64,000 bases of DNA from an uncultured delta proteobacterium (GTDB taxonomy: Bacteria; Desulfobacterota; Desulfobacteria; Desulfobacterales; JAFDCJ01): contig CAVQBT010000067.1 in NCBI GenBank assembly GCA_963710795.1, positions 64,232 to 128,231 of the forward strand, given 5' to 3'. This document shows, in pieces, positions 9,034 through 18,952 of the stretch. Every line of letters begins with the position of its first letter. Position 1 is the first letter of the stretch. Made by a program: the position numbers and the translations under genes. Under the pieces are notes generated by a model that had not been told where the DNA came from, searched no databases, and saw nothing but the letters and a program-made list of their open reading frames with translations.

Positions 9034-10440
9034 ATGAAAATGTTTCCAGCTTCAACATATATCGAAAGACGCAAAAGACTGAAAGAAAACTTCAAATCGG
9101 GAATTCTGTTGTTTCTGGGCAACGACCAAAGTCCCATAAACTATCCGGACAACGCGTATGCCTTCCGGCAGGATAGTACGTTTCTGTATTTCTGGGGCAT
9201 CGATTTGCCCGGCTTGTCAGCGATCATCGATATCGATCAGGACCGGGAAACTGTTTTCGGACGGGATCTGACGATTGAAGATATCATCTGGAGCGGACCC
9301 CAGACCAGCCTAAAAGAGCATTGTCTGGCCGCCGGTGTTGAAGACGTTTCGACTCCGGATCAGCTTGAAGGCGCTTTGCAGGCAGCGGTGCAAAAGGGTC
9401 GCAGGGTACATTTTCTGCCGCAATATCGACCGGAAAATTTAATCAAGATTCAGCGCTTGTTGGGGTTGAGCGCGGGGATTGTCAACGAGCACGTTTCGCC
9501 TTCCTTCATCAAAGCTGTTGTCAGTCATCGATCAATAAAAACCGCCGAAGAAATTCAGCAGATCGAAACGGCGCTGGATGTTACCTTTGAAATGCACACC
9601 CTGGCTATGAAAATATCACGCCCGGGGATGTATGAGAAGGAAGCAGTCGGAGCCATGGCCGGACTTGCCTATTCCCGAGTCAGCTCGATACCGGCGTATC
9701 CGATAATTTTTACAACCCGCGGGCATATCCTTCACAACCCCCACCATGGGAATGTCATGCGGGAAAATGATCTGGTCATCAATGATTCCGGCAGTGAATC
9801 CGCTCTGCACTATGCCAGTGACATTACCAGAACCTTTCCGGTGGGCGGGAAATTTAGTGAAAAACAAAAGGAAATGTATTCCATTCTGCTCAAGGCCCAG
9901 ATAAAAGCTGTTGAACGTGTGCGTCCCGACATTGAGTATCGGGAGATCCATCTAAATACTGCCAGAGATATAGCGCTGGACCTAATCGCCCTGGGGTTGA
10001 TGAAAGGAGATGTGGACGAAGCGGTGGCCGCCGGCGCCCATGCCTTGTTTAATCCGGCTGGGTTGGGTCATATGCTGGGCCTGGATGTGCATGACATGGA
10101 GGATCTTGGTGAAGACTATGTCGGGTATACCGATGCCATTCAAAGAAATCCCCAGTTTGGCATCAACCGCCTGAGACTTGCCAAAAAACTTGAAGCCGGC
10201 TTTGTCATCACCGTTGAGCCGGGTTTGTATTTTATACCGGAGCTGATCGATCAGTGGCAAGCTGAAAAAAAATTCGAAGCATTCATCGATTATGATAAGG
10301 TGCAAACCTATCGTGATTTCGGGGGTATTCGCATCGAAGACGATGTCCTGGTTGTCGATGGAGGGCAGCGCATACTGGGAAAGCCCATCCCCAAAAGTAT
10401 TGATGAAGTTGAGGAATTATCCTCTAAAAAAAATGACTAA
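9034..10440 (+). CDS. pepP: Xaa-Pro aminopeptidase (M24B family, PepP/PepQ-like)
   Basis: 468 aa with the N-terminal AMP_N region and a C-terminal M24 pita-bread fold containing conserved His/Asp/Glu metal ligands (HGLGHMLGLDVHD, ITVEPGLY, IRIEDDV). Confidence 0.75.
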   Translation: MKMFPASTYIERRKRLKENFKSGILLFLGNDQSPINYPDNAYAFRQDSTFLYFWGIDLPGLSAIIDIDQDRETVFGRDLTIEDIIWSGPQTSLKEHCLAAGVEDVSTPDQLEGALQAAVQKGRRVHFLPQYRPENLIKIQRLLGLSAGIVNEHVSPSFIKAVVSHRSIKTAEEIQQIETALDVTFEMHTLAMKISRPGMYEKEAVGAMAGLAYSRVSSIPAYPIIFTTRGHILHNPHHGNVMRENDLVINDSGSESALHYASDITRTFPVGGKFSEKQKEMYSILLKAQIKAVERVRPDIEYREIHLNTARDIALDLIALGLMKGDVDEAVAAGAHALFNPAGLGHMLGLDVHDMEDLGEDYVGYTDAIQRNPQFGINRLRLAKKLEAGFVITVEPGLYFIPELIDQWQAEKKFEAFIDYDKVQTYRDFGGIRIEDDVLVVDGGQRILGKPIPKSIDEVEELSSKKND

Positions 10441-10472
10441 ATGAATATCTCAATTGAAAGGAGGAAATAGAG

Positions 10473-10817
10473 ATGAAATATATCATCATCCTTGTTTCAT
10501 GTGTGATGTTAGTCGTCTTTGCCGGACTGCTTCCGGTTATGGGCAGCAATACCCAGAGGGTCAAGGGGTCTGGATCCCCTGCGGCGGCACCCTCGCAACA
10601 AGTGACGTGGGAGGTGCCGATTGCCCCCGGAATCTATTATCCCAGCGACGGTCCGCTGCCGGATAAACCGATGCGTTACTACCGGGTGCGGTGCTGGCCG
10701 GGCTGTCACACCGGCAGTTCCCTTGGCAAATATCCGGATAAAGCGCTCAACGACAAGCCCATCTTCCCAACATCAACCATCGATGGGCACACGGCCACGG
10801 CACCATCAAAAGAATAG
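10473..10817 (+). CDS. Small secreted hypothetical protein
   Basis: A strong RBS (AAAGGAGGAAATAGAG) precedes the ATG. The N-terminal signal peptide is MKYIIILVSCVMLVVFAGLLPVMG. I recognise no family. Confidence 0.45.
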   Translation: MKYIIILVSCVMLVVFAGLLPVMGSNTQRVKGSGSPAAAPSQQVTWEVPIAPGIYYPSDGPLPDKPMRYYRVRCWPGCHTGSSLGKYPDKALNDKPIFPTSTIDGHTATAPSKE

Positions 10818-10898
10818 CTTAAGGACTCGTAAATTAGACGAATTTGCGAGAGGACTTTGAGCCGCTCAATCTACTTTCTGACTTTGCTGACAATTTAG

Positions 10899-11390
10899 AT
10901 GCCCGACTTTTATCAATTTTTGGCGGAAAACCGCATTGAATATGAACGGCATGACCATCCGCCGGTCTACACGGTCGAAGAAGCCAGTCGGTTGGTACCG
11001 GCGCTTCCGGCAGCCAAAACCAAAAATCTTTTCCTGCGGGATAAAAAAGGACTGCGGCACTTTCTGGTCGTCGTTCCGGCTGGTAAAAGAGTTGACTTAA
11101 GGGCTTTGCCCCGGGTGGTCGGATCAAACCGCTTAAGTTTTGGATCAGCGGATCGGCTTAAAAAATATCTTGGTGTAGAACCCGGCGCCGTTACCCTGTT
11201 TGCTATCTTCAATGACCCCGGCAATGCTGTCGAACTGATTGTTGACGAGTCTTTGTGGCACTCAAAGGCTTTTCAGTTCCATCCGCTGGTTAATACCAGT
11301 ACCCTGGTAATTTCCCGTGAAAATTTGAAGCGGTTTATTGCTAAAACCGGTCATGAGGCTAAAATATTGAACGTGCCGGAGGTGGAATGA
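10899..11390 (+). CDS. ybaK: YbaK/ProX-family aminoacyl-tRNA deacylase (Cys-tRNA(Pro) editing domain)
   Basis: 163 aa, with the size and conserved blocks of the YbaK/ProX trans-editing family (...AKTKNLFLRDKKG...VVVPAGKRVDL...). Confidence 0.6.
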   Translation: MPDFYQFLAENRIEYERHDHPPVYTVEEASRLVPALPAAKTKNLFLRDKKGLRHFLVVVPAGKRVDLRALPRVVGSNRLSFGSADRLKKYLGVEPGAVTLFAIFNDPGNAVELIVDESLWHSKAFQFHPLVNTSTLVISRENLKRFIAKTGHEAKILNVPEVE

Positions 11391-11510
11391 GGCCAGGCTT
11401 TTGAATTCGGAAGCCGGAATGCGGAAGTCGGATGTATCAATTTTATAAATTAGCCGATAGTCGGCGGGATCGAACCTTTGAACCGTGAACGCTGAACCTT
11501 TTAACCTCTG

Positions 11511-13076
11511 TTATATGCTAAAACCTCGAATCCGGTCCATACGGCTGGTAATTTCGGTAACCCGAATGCCGTATTTTTCGTTTTGAACAACGACCTCTCC
11601 CCTGGCAATCAACGTCTCATTGGCCAGGATATCGACCGGTTCTCCCTCCAACTTCAGAAGTTTGACGGCCGACCCGGGTGCAAGGTCAAGCAGCTCTTGA
11701 AGCTGAATTTTTGTGCGACCCAATTCAACTTTAATTTCCAACGGAATATCGAGTAGAAGGTCAAGGTCGAAATCCTCGGGTCGTCTCGGTTCCCTGCTTT
11801 CCGGTGATAGTGGTGCTGCCTCCTGAACCGGTGGCGCAGCAGGCGGGGGGTCTGCCATTTGGGCTGCCGCCGGCTGAGTCGGGGGCTGCGCCTGCGGCGG
11901 ATCTTCAGCTGTCAATCCAGCGCAGTCAGCTTCCTGGTCTTTACTGACTTCTGGCGGTGCTGCTGACGCTTCCTGGACGGTACCGTTTTCAGCCGCTTCA
12001 TCTTCAACCGCAAAATGGGTATCTTTGCCCGGTTGACCGCCAGCCTGTATCAGTTCAGATATCTTCACACCCATTTCTACGAAAACGATGTTATCATCGC
12101 TTCGGAAAGCCAACCGCTCATATTTTTCCAGGTTGAGCGATTCGATTTTGAAATCGGTTCCAGTGGTGAATGAAGGCGTTGAAAGGGCGCAGGCCAATCC
12201 GGCATCGGTAAAGGCGGATTTTAAATTTCCACCAACAATATTTCCCACCTCGCCCAACATGTCTTGGATCTCTTCGTCGCCCTCAAGCTCCGCAACCTCC
12301 ATTCCGAGCATGCGGGCCGCTAACTGGCGCGTGAAATTATCACCCACATGGATACTGACCATCCCGGCTGCCTCTCCGGCAAAACTGACAGATCCGACAT
12401 TGCGCAGGTCTTCCAGACTTTCAGAAGGGATCGTATCCGTGGGCTTGAGCTGGGCCGAAAGCATTGTGTCGAAAACATCGATCACGGCTTCGGAGACTTG
12501 GGCTTTTATATCCAGTGCATTAATCTTTTCGGTATCGACATGGTCTAATTTTCTCAGCACATCGATGGAACTGAAATCATCCCCGTCTCCGGTAACCTGC
12601 TGGGCCTTAAGACCGACTTCGACAAAAATAAACTCTTGCTGGCAGGTAAAAACATAGCGTTCAAACCGATCCATGTTCAAGGATTTGATGGAAAAGTCGG
12701 CGCCGTGGGTGAGGCAGGGGGGTGAAATAACACAGGGATGGCCGGCATCATTCAGGGCTGATTTCAGGTTGCCGCCGATAATGGTGCTGATTTCGGCCAG
12801 CAAATCCTTGATTTGATCCTCATCTTCGACCGCTTCGGGTTCGAGGGCGAGCATATTAGCCATCATCAAGCGGGCTAGCTCGGAGGATACCTGGATATTA
12901 ATTAAACCGATGATGTTGCCGGTAAAATTAACCGCAGCCACCATCCGGCTTACGCCGCCAGTATCCGGCGGCTCTGAATCAGAAACCCCGATTTTCATCG
13001 ATACCACAGTGTCGAATGTTTCGACTACCGAATCGATGACCTGGGTTCGAATATCAAAATTTTCAATATTACTCAT
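11511..13076 (-). CDS. FliY-like protein: two CheC/CheX-like phosphatase-type domains fused to a C-terminal FliN (SpoA) domain
   Basis: 521 aa. Two internal repeats each carry a ...IIGGNLKSA.NDAG... CheC/CheX-type motif. A Pro/Ala/Gln-rich linker follows, then a FliN-like C-terminus (IPLEIKVELGRTKIQLQELLDLAPGSAVKL...IARGEVVV). No flagellar genes are nearby. Confidence 0.6.
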   Translation of the reverse strand: MSNIENFDIRTQVIDSVVETFDTVVSMKIGVSDSEPPDTGGVSRMVAAVNFTGNIIGLINIQVSSELARLMMANMLALEPEAVEDEDQIKDLLAEISTIIGGNLKSALNDAGHPCVISPPCLTHGADFSIKSLNMDRFERYVFTCQQEFIFVEVGLKAQQVTGDGDDFSSIDVLRKLDHVDTEKINALDIKAQVSEAVIDVFDTMLSAQLKPTDTIPSESLEDLRNVGSVSFAGEAAGMVSIHVGDNFTRQLAARMLGMEVAELEGDEEIQDMLGEVGNIVGGNLKSAFTDAGLACALSTPSFTTGTDFKIESLNLEKYERLAFRSDDNIVFVEMGVKISELIQAGGQPGKDTHFAVEDEAAENGTVQEASAAPPEVSKDQEADCAGLTAEDPPQAQPPTQPAAAQMADPPPAAPPVQEAAPLSPESREPRRPEDFDLDLLLDIPLEIKVELGRTKIQLQELLDLAPGSAVKLLKLEGEPVDILANETLIARGEVVVQNEKYGIRVTEITSRMDRIRGFSI

Positions 13077-13804
13077 ACGGCGTACCGAGAAAATTCTCTG
13101 CTTCGGTGTTTGGTGTTCTTGTCCCTAAACGATAGATTTTGGGTTTGTCATACCACTGAAAATCACGTATCCTAATTAATCCGCCCTGAAAAATTGCCCA
13201 TCGAGATTCTACATGGTCATTTGATAAATGAAAAGCTTTGTCAGTCCTATGTGGTGGATTCATTACCAAATGCTTCGCATATTTATTATACGCCCGGTGG
13301 CGATATATATTAGGGCGAAGTCGTTGGAAAAAGCATCAGAATGGTTGAATATGCAATATCTATTCCAGGTATACGCTCTCTGCTAGGCCGGATGAACATA
13401 AATTGTGATTTAATCCTTTTCAAAAAGTTTTAAGTTACTTAGGTTGCTATTAAAAATTTTAAGATCATTGGCATTCGGCATTGTTTGGGTTAATTTTGAG
13501 TGCTCAAGATCGTTTCTTGGGGCTGCGGGCGTTGATGAAATGACGCTGCAATCGTTCAAGGTTCAAAGGTTCACGGTTCAAAGGTTAACCACGGAGCTAT
13601 TACTTTTTTTCTCAAACGAACCAAGCGCTTCTCATCCAACTGCAAATTCATCGCGGTGAACTAAAATGCTTTAATCCTGAGCCAACATTTCAAGCCGCCC
13701 CTCCCCCGGCAACCGTTGTCTCTTGGGAGCTGGAGGGGAAAAATATGAGACCAGAAGGGTTCGAAAATTTTCTGAGAAGATAACCTCATATGAAACTTCA
13801 TCAA

Positions 13805-13960
13805 AAGCGAACCGCAGAACCGCAGAATATCGAATATCGAATGTCGAAGGGTGGTTTCGCTTCGCTCAGTCTTTTTTTATAAAATAGACAGAATACATTC
13901 CTTCGACATTCGACATTCATTATTCGATATTCGCTATTCGCTTTTTCAAAAGTTTCTATT
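13805..13960. repeat. Large intergenic palindrome built from tcgaat/tcgaag word repeats
   Basis: gaaccgcagaaccgcagaatatcgaatatcgaatgtcgaagg ... ccttcgacattcgacattcattattcgatattcgctattcgc is an inverted repeat (about 25-bp arms) around an AT-rich core. Confidence 0.6.
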
Positions 13961-14079
13961 TCGATTAAACTGGACGCTCGCGGCCAGAGGCGGAGCTGAA
14001 CCTCTGAACCATTAACCCTGCTTGCCCTGCGAACCCCGAAGGGCGAAGAAGGAAACCCCGAACCTTTAGGAAGCAAACA

Positions 14080-14709
14080 ATGATCGGAATCATGGCCGAC
14101 AGTCACGGGAAATCTGAGACTATCCGGGCCGCCCTTGACGCGTTCAAGGGCTTGAATTGCCGGCGCATCTATCATCTTGGAGATGTTTGCGATTCAACCC
14201 GTCCTGAAACCGCCGAAGCCTGCCTGGGGCCCCTACAGGGACAGCGTGTGATCACGATTAAAGGCAACAATGATCATGCGATTGTTGCCAACCATATTGG
14301 CCGGAAAGATGCCCCTGTTGATTCCAAAATTCTGAAATACATCCAGAACCTGCCGCTGGTTCAAAGTTATCACAATGCTATTTTCACCCATTCCCTGCCG
14401 TTTGCCGATGCATTGGGTCTTACCTGTATGATTGGCACCATGTCTGAAAAAGAGGCCCACCGGTCTTTTATGGAGTTTCCCCGGCATGTCATCTTCAGAG
14501 GACACAGCCACAGACCGGAAATTATGCAGCCCCGGGGCGGGCGGATCGAATCACGCACCCCGGCTGTCGGAGTGAAATTTAATCTGGCTGGAAGGTTGCC
14601 CTGTGTGGTAACCTGCGGTGCGTTAACCCGCGGCTTGTATATGATCTGGAATCCGGCAGAAAATTATATTAAAAGCCTTTCGTTCAACTCTAGCCTTGAT
14701 ACTTTTTAA
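14080..14709 (+). CDS. Metallophosphoesterase (YfcE/calcineurin-like family)
   Basis: Metal-ligand motifs IGIMADSHG, GDVCD, GNND and GHSH. Confidence 0.65.
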   Translation: MIGIMADSHGKSETIRAALDAFKGLNCRRIYHLGDVCDSTRPETAEACLGPLQGQRVITIKGNNDHAIVANHIGRKDAPVDSKILKYIQNLPLVQSYHNAIFTHSLPFADALGLTCMIGTMSEKEAHRSFMEFPRHVIFRGHSHRPEIMQPRGGRIESRTPAVGVKFNLAGRLPCVVTCGALTRGLYMIWNPAENYIKSLSFNSSLDTF

Positions 14710-14711
14710 GG

Positions 14712-15878
14712 TTACTTCTTATTTTGAAAATCCGCAATTTCCGCCACGGCCCGGATTGCGGTTTGGATGTGCGCCTCGGTATTAAAGGGGCCGATACCCA
14801 TGCGCACCGTCCCGCCAATTTTATCGGTACCCAATTGCTCGTGCACCAAGGGGGCGCAATGGAGTCCGGTGCGGCAGGCGATATTGTACTCGCCGTCCAA
14901 TAAGGTGCCTGTGTTGAGTGCTTCCATTCCTTCGATATTGAAGCTGAGAACGGCAATGTGGTCGGTCAAATCATCCTGACCATACAGCAGGATCCCATCT
15001 ATCTCCCTGAGTCCGTCTCTCAGCATCCGGGTCAGCTTCATTTCCTGGTGGTGAATCTGATCCAGGCCTTTTTGCTGGATCCATTTCAAACCGGCATGTA
15101 TCCCCGCAATACCCACGACATTGCCGGTCCCGTACTCAAGCCGGTAGGGATACTCGTCCAGATGCAACCGCTGGGCCGACCGGACTCCCGTTCCACCGGC
15201 CCGGGTATGTCGAATCTCAATCCCCTCTCGCACATATAGACCGCCAATGCCGGTCGGGCCCAGCAATGATTTATGGCCGGTAAACGCCACGACATCGATG
15301 TGCATCTGCTCGACATCAATCGGTACTTTGCCGGCGGACTGGGAGGCATCAATTGCAAACGCGACATCGTGCTCGCGGCAGATGCGGCCGATGGCCTCCA
15401 CGGGTTGCACCGTACCGATCACGTTGGAGGCATGATTGACAATGACCAGGCGGGTATTTGCTTTAATTTTTTGTTTGATTTCGTCAGGATCGACAAATCC
15501 ATTGGTGTCGAACGGAACGTAATCAACCTCGACATCATTGAATTTGTTCTGGTGATACAGTGGTCGGAGTACCGAATTGTGTTCGAGGGTGGTGGTGACG
15601 GCATGATCGCCCGGCTGCAGCATACCGAAAATGATCAGGTTCAGCGCGTCGGTGGAGTTATAGGAAAAGCACAGACGGTTGGGGTCATCGCCGTTAAAAA
15701 AATCGGCCAGCATTTTGCGGGTCGTGTCCACGACGGCGCCGGTTTCCATGCACAGGTCATATCCGGAGCGTCCCGGGTTGACGCCGAAGCGCCGGTAAAA
15801 AGAATCCATAAAGGTGTATACTTCATCCGGTTTGGGATAGGAAGTGGCGCCATTGTCGAGATAAATCAAATTTTCCAT
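14712..15878 (-). CDS. Aminotransferase class V (cysteine desulfurase family PLP enzyme)
   Basis: MENLIYLDNGATSYPKP... N-terminus, PLP-lysine region FTGHKSLLGPTGIGGLYV, and an SD (GGGAGA) before the internal ATG chosen as the start. Confidence 0.7.
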   Translation of the reverse strand: MENLIYLDNGATSYPKPDEVYTFMDSFYRRFGVNPGRSGYDLCMETGAVVDTTRKMLADFFNGDDPNRLCFSYNSTDALNLIIFGMLQPGDHAVTTTLEHNSVLRPLYHQNKFNDVEVDYVPFDTNGFVDPDEIKQKIKANTRLVIVNHASNVIGTVQPVEAIGRICREHDVAFAIDASQSAGKVPIDVEQMHIDVVAFTGHKSLLGPTGIGGLYVREGIEIRHTRAGGTGVRSAQRLHLDEYPYRLEYGTGNVVGIAGIHAGLKWIQQKGLDQIHHQEMKLTRMLRDGLREIDGILLYGQDDLTDHIAVLSFNIEGMEALNTGTLLDGEYNIACRTGLHCAPLVHEQLGTDKIGGTVRMGIGPFNTEAHIQTAIRAVAEIADFQNKK

Positions 15879-16026
15879 TACAGTGTCTCCCTTAATTAAT
15901 TCGCTCTGTAAGCTTCTACCTGAATTTCGCACGTATTCCGAGCCGCAATGAATAAGCTTGTACATCAGTAATTTATTCGAAGCGAAGTTTGCTGCTATAA
16001 ATTCAGGTGTTAATTTTTTCAGAAAA

Positions 16027-16637
16027 TTAGTGGCTTTGGGTCAAAACTGTTTCAAAACGTTCAAGGGCCCAATCGATTTCGTCCTTTTGTATCACTAGGG
16101 GCGGAGAAATGCGGATGATGTCGTTGTGGGTGTCTTTGCATAACATTCCGATTTCCTTTAGTTTTTCGCAGTAGCGGCGGGCACCGCCGGCTTCAAACTT
16201 TAGCTCTAGGCCAATCATCAGCCCCCGGCCGCGGGCCTCCTTGATCAGGTGGCTGTCGATTTGACGCAGTCCGTTAAGGAAATAAGCCCCCATTTGCGCA
16301 CCGCTTTGATAGCCGATTCTACGGCTTCAGATCCGCTGTTCATGGGCAGAATCTTGTGGTAGTGGATGTATTCGCGGATGGTCTGGTAAAGCAGGGCGAG
16401 CTTATCATTTCGAAACGCCCGGGATGTCAGAGTCAACTTCGCGGCCTGCTCGACCAGGGCTTTCATAATCCTGGGATGGCAATGGCCTTGATTAACGGCC
16501 GAATATGCTGCCAGACAATCAAGATACTTGCGGCCTTCATGATCCCAAACCCAGACTCTTTCGCCGCGGGAAATAATTACGTCAAGGGGTTTATAATTAT
16601 GCGCCCCCAACTCATCTTCTATCTGAATAAAACCCAT
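16027..16637 (-). pseudogene. Ornithine/acetylornithine aminotransferase (class III) remnant: N-terminal about 125 aa and C-terminal about 88 aa joined out of frame, with about 180 internal codons missing
   Basis: ORF 16245..16637 reads ...[70 protein letters not shown] (OAT N-terminus). ORF 16027..16293 reads ...[18 protein letters not shown]...HNDIIRISPPLVIQKDEIDWALE (OAT C-terminus). The two are in different frames and the PLP-lysine region is absent. Confidence 0.7.
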
Positions 16638-16727
16638 CGCGTGTCTCCTGCTATTAGAGAATCCAATTCAATCAAATTTCATCTGAATGTGGAGAGCTGA
16701 GTTCGCCTTGCTCACCTGCCGGAGACT

Positions 16728-17021
16728 TTAGGGCCTAATCTTTTCCAGTATCTCTCCATCTGCATTCAGCATGAATATCATGAAGCCATTTTTGGCGGCC
16801 GCTTGGACCAGTTCGCTATAGTATACGGCCTGAACTTCATATTTATTGCCCTTCCTGGTTGTCATATGAACCAAACATTGCTGGGCACCTTCCTTTTCAA
16901 AAAAGGCGGGAATAAATGACACGTTTTGATCTTCGTACTCCTGCCCCAGAAACTGTTCATCGGCACCGGGATTTTGTACAACCACCCAAATCCAGGTATC
17001 GGGTTTGATCTCCTTTTTCAT
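16728..17021 (-). CDS. Hypothetical protein
   Basis: 97-aa ORF with plausible coding statistics and no recognisable family. Confidence 0.35.
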   Translation of the reverse strand: MKKEIKPDTWIWVVVQNPGADEQFLGQEYEDQNVSFIPAFFEKEGAQQCLVHMTTRKGNKYEVQAVYYSELVQAAAKNGFMIFMLNADGEILEKIRP

Positions 17022-17132
17022 TACCGGTATCCTCTCATTTTTAATTCGACTCCGTCATAAACTCAGCGCATCGCTGTCCGGCGGTCCGGTTGAGTTTGCC
17101 TCGCATATCGATTTGCATTTTATTGGAAGCTA

Positions 17133-17483
17133 TTAGGGATTGAATGGCTTGAAATCCCATTCCGGTCTTTCAATATCGATTGAGCCTGCATTCGACCCTT
17201 CAAAATCCGCCGTAATGATATCATCGCAAATTTCCTGCATTATTTTGACAACCGGCAGATACTGGGGATGGGTTTGATAGCGATCCAAGGCTTGCAGGTT
17301 GGCGAAGAGGGCCACTATCGCAAAGTCATAGGACTTTGCAGAGCGGGTAAGATCCCGCCCGAACTCATATGTTTGGATTTCAGTGATCTTGTTTGGCAGA
17401 TCATCCAACATCCTTTCGAGTTCTTCAATATCTGCTTTTCCGACACCGGGCTTAAATTTTGCTAAAACTACATGGTTAATCAT
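17133..17483 (-). CDS. Dabb-family stress-responsive A/B-barrel protein
   Basis: MINHVVLAKFKPG...DFAIVALFANLQALDRYQTHPQY matches the Dabb dimeric alpha/beta barrel signature. Confidence 0.55.
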   Translation of the reverse strand: MINHVVLAKFKPGVGKADIEELERMLDDLPNKITEIQTYEFGRDLTRSAKSYDFAIVALFANLQALDRYQTHPQYLPVVKIMQEICDDIITADFEGSNAGSIDIERPEWDFKPFNP

Positions 17484-17878
17484 CGTATCTTCTCCCAATA
17501 TTGCGGTCGGCCTGCGACGAGCGTGTCAGTCGTAAGTTCAGGGGCCAACGCCTCAGCCGAGTCAAGGCCGCCCCCCACCAAACAAAATTGAAATTTACAA
17601 GATATAAATAAGGCATAAACAAAAAGAAATAAATAATCAAGACCAAGACTTAACGTGGCATAGGCCTTGCCTTGCGGTCCCCATTCTTTAAAGATGTGCC
17701 CGACTTTTTCGATGCTTCCTGCCAGTTCAGATGAAACGATGCCGCTTGGTGCAGCCTCAGTTATCAATGTTTGGTCCAATGCGTGCATGCTGGTCAGCAG
17801 CGCGGCGGATAACAAAAAAAATAATAGAAGGGCCGGTCGGTGGCTGGATTCGGAAAGCCATTTGAAGGGATCAGGCAT
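17480..17878 (-). CDS. Hypothetical membrane protein
   Basis: 132 aa with two or three hydrophobic segments. It overlaps the Dabb gene start by 4 nt (operon). Confidence 0.4.
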   Translation of the reverse strand: MPDPFKWLSESSHRPALLLFFLLSAALLTSMHALDQTLITEAAPSGIVSSELAGSIEKVGHIFKEWGPQGKAYATLSLGLDYLFLFVYALFISCKFQFCLVGGGLDSAEALAPELTTDTLVAGRPQYWEKIR

Positions 17879-18028
17879 GATGATTATTAAACGTTATAAT
17901 TGCTCTGCTCCCACCGGGCCGCAGGCCCACTGCGGCCCAGGGGCCGGCGGTGGCATGCTCAGCGGTGAAACGTTTATCGGCTATCGCAGTTTTAACTAAC
18001 GTGGTTAGCGGCGGGGATTTTAGCCTTT

Positions 18029-18484
18029 TCACCGCTTTCGTTTTTGGGACTTTTTGCGCTGGTAGTCGAGTTGATTTTTGATTTCACTCAGAATAAAGCT
18101 GCTTTTTAAGCTTTTGGCAATGATATCGTTGTTGGGAACAGCGCCGATTGTTTTTTGCATGTATTGTCGCGTGCTGTCGATCGCTTCTTTTATGCCGCGA
18201 TGAAATAACCCGGCTTTGGCCAAAAAATTTTGACCCGGACCTGAAATAAGGTTCAATTTCCAAAAAGGTCCATTGTCCTCGATTTGACCTGCACCCGGCT
18301 TTGTTTCTCCACTTTTAAGCTGAAACTTAATCTGATTGCCGACTTCATTGATAATAAAATAAGAATTCAGCAATACTGCCATTTCTTCCTGTGTCGGTTC
18401 AGATCCAGTCTCATATTTGATATATTTCATTATGGTTAGAATCGCATCTTTGATGCTGTTTTCCAGCCGAAAAAAGTCCGCCAA
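18029..18484 (-). CDS. Hypothetical protein
   Basis: 151-aa ORF with a basic C-terminus and no recognisable domain. Confidence 0.35.
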   Translation of the reverse strand: MADFFRLENSIKDAILTIMKYIKYETGSEPTQEEMAVLLNSYFIINEVGNQIKFQLKSGETKPGAGQIEDNGPFWKLNLISGPGQNFLAKAGLFHRGIKEAIDSTRQYMQKTIGAVPNNDIIAKSLKSSFILSEIKNQLDYQRKKSQKRKR

Positions 18485-18952
18485 AATGAACTCCTTTGCA
18501 GTCGCTTGCTCATTTGCCGTTATTCAATAATCGGTCCCGCTAGTGCAAAATGACCGCCGGCGGCATTATTCAAAAATATACATAAATTTTAGGTAGTTGT
18601 CAAGTTATTCGTGCTATTCGTGCAGTCTCCAACGATGCACTGGAACTTTGCTTCGGTGACCTTGCCCTGGCAGTCGCTTTCACCTTCCATCGTCGGCGGC
18701 GGCAACCAGCAGAACTTATCGATCTCAAGTTGACATTCTGGCTCCGACTCGCTAATTTCTCTAACTGATAGGGATTTGAAAATTAGACCCTAAACCAGGA
18801 GCAAATCCCACGGAAACGAAGCGCATCTAAAAATATTAAAACCCGGCATAAAGGCTTAATCTAAGTAACGGGACCAAACCAAAATTTTGGCCGCCTATAT
18901 GGGGTTTGACCTGGCAGCAATCAAAATACAGTGACCTCAATGGAGGAAACCC

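Noticed and set aside
12088-12657. 189-aa + strand ORF opposite the FliY-like gene (similar antisense ORFs occur at 3279..3953, 15273..15899, 21794..22525, 31752..32390, 57854..58570 and 61547..62131)
   Set aside because: All lie entirely within, and antisense to or out of frame with, well-supported genes. They have biased Ser/Arg/Gly composition and no homolog-like motifs. Long shadow ORFs like these are expected in GC-balanced coding DNA.
13069-13269. 66-aa minus-strand ORF immediately upstream of the FliY-like gene
   Set aside because: It has no RBS and no recognisable motif, and it overlaps the start region of the downstream gene. It is probably non-coding leader sequence.
18485-18952. 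Sigma-54 promoter upstream of the REC-only response regulator (ctggcagtcgctttcacc / ctggcagcaatc)
   Set aside because: The TGGCA-like elements lack a properly spaced TTGC/GC -12 element (the GG-N10-GC rule is not met).
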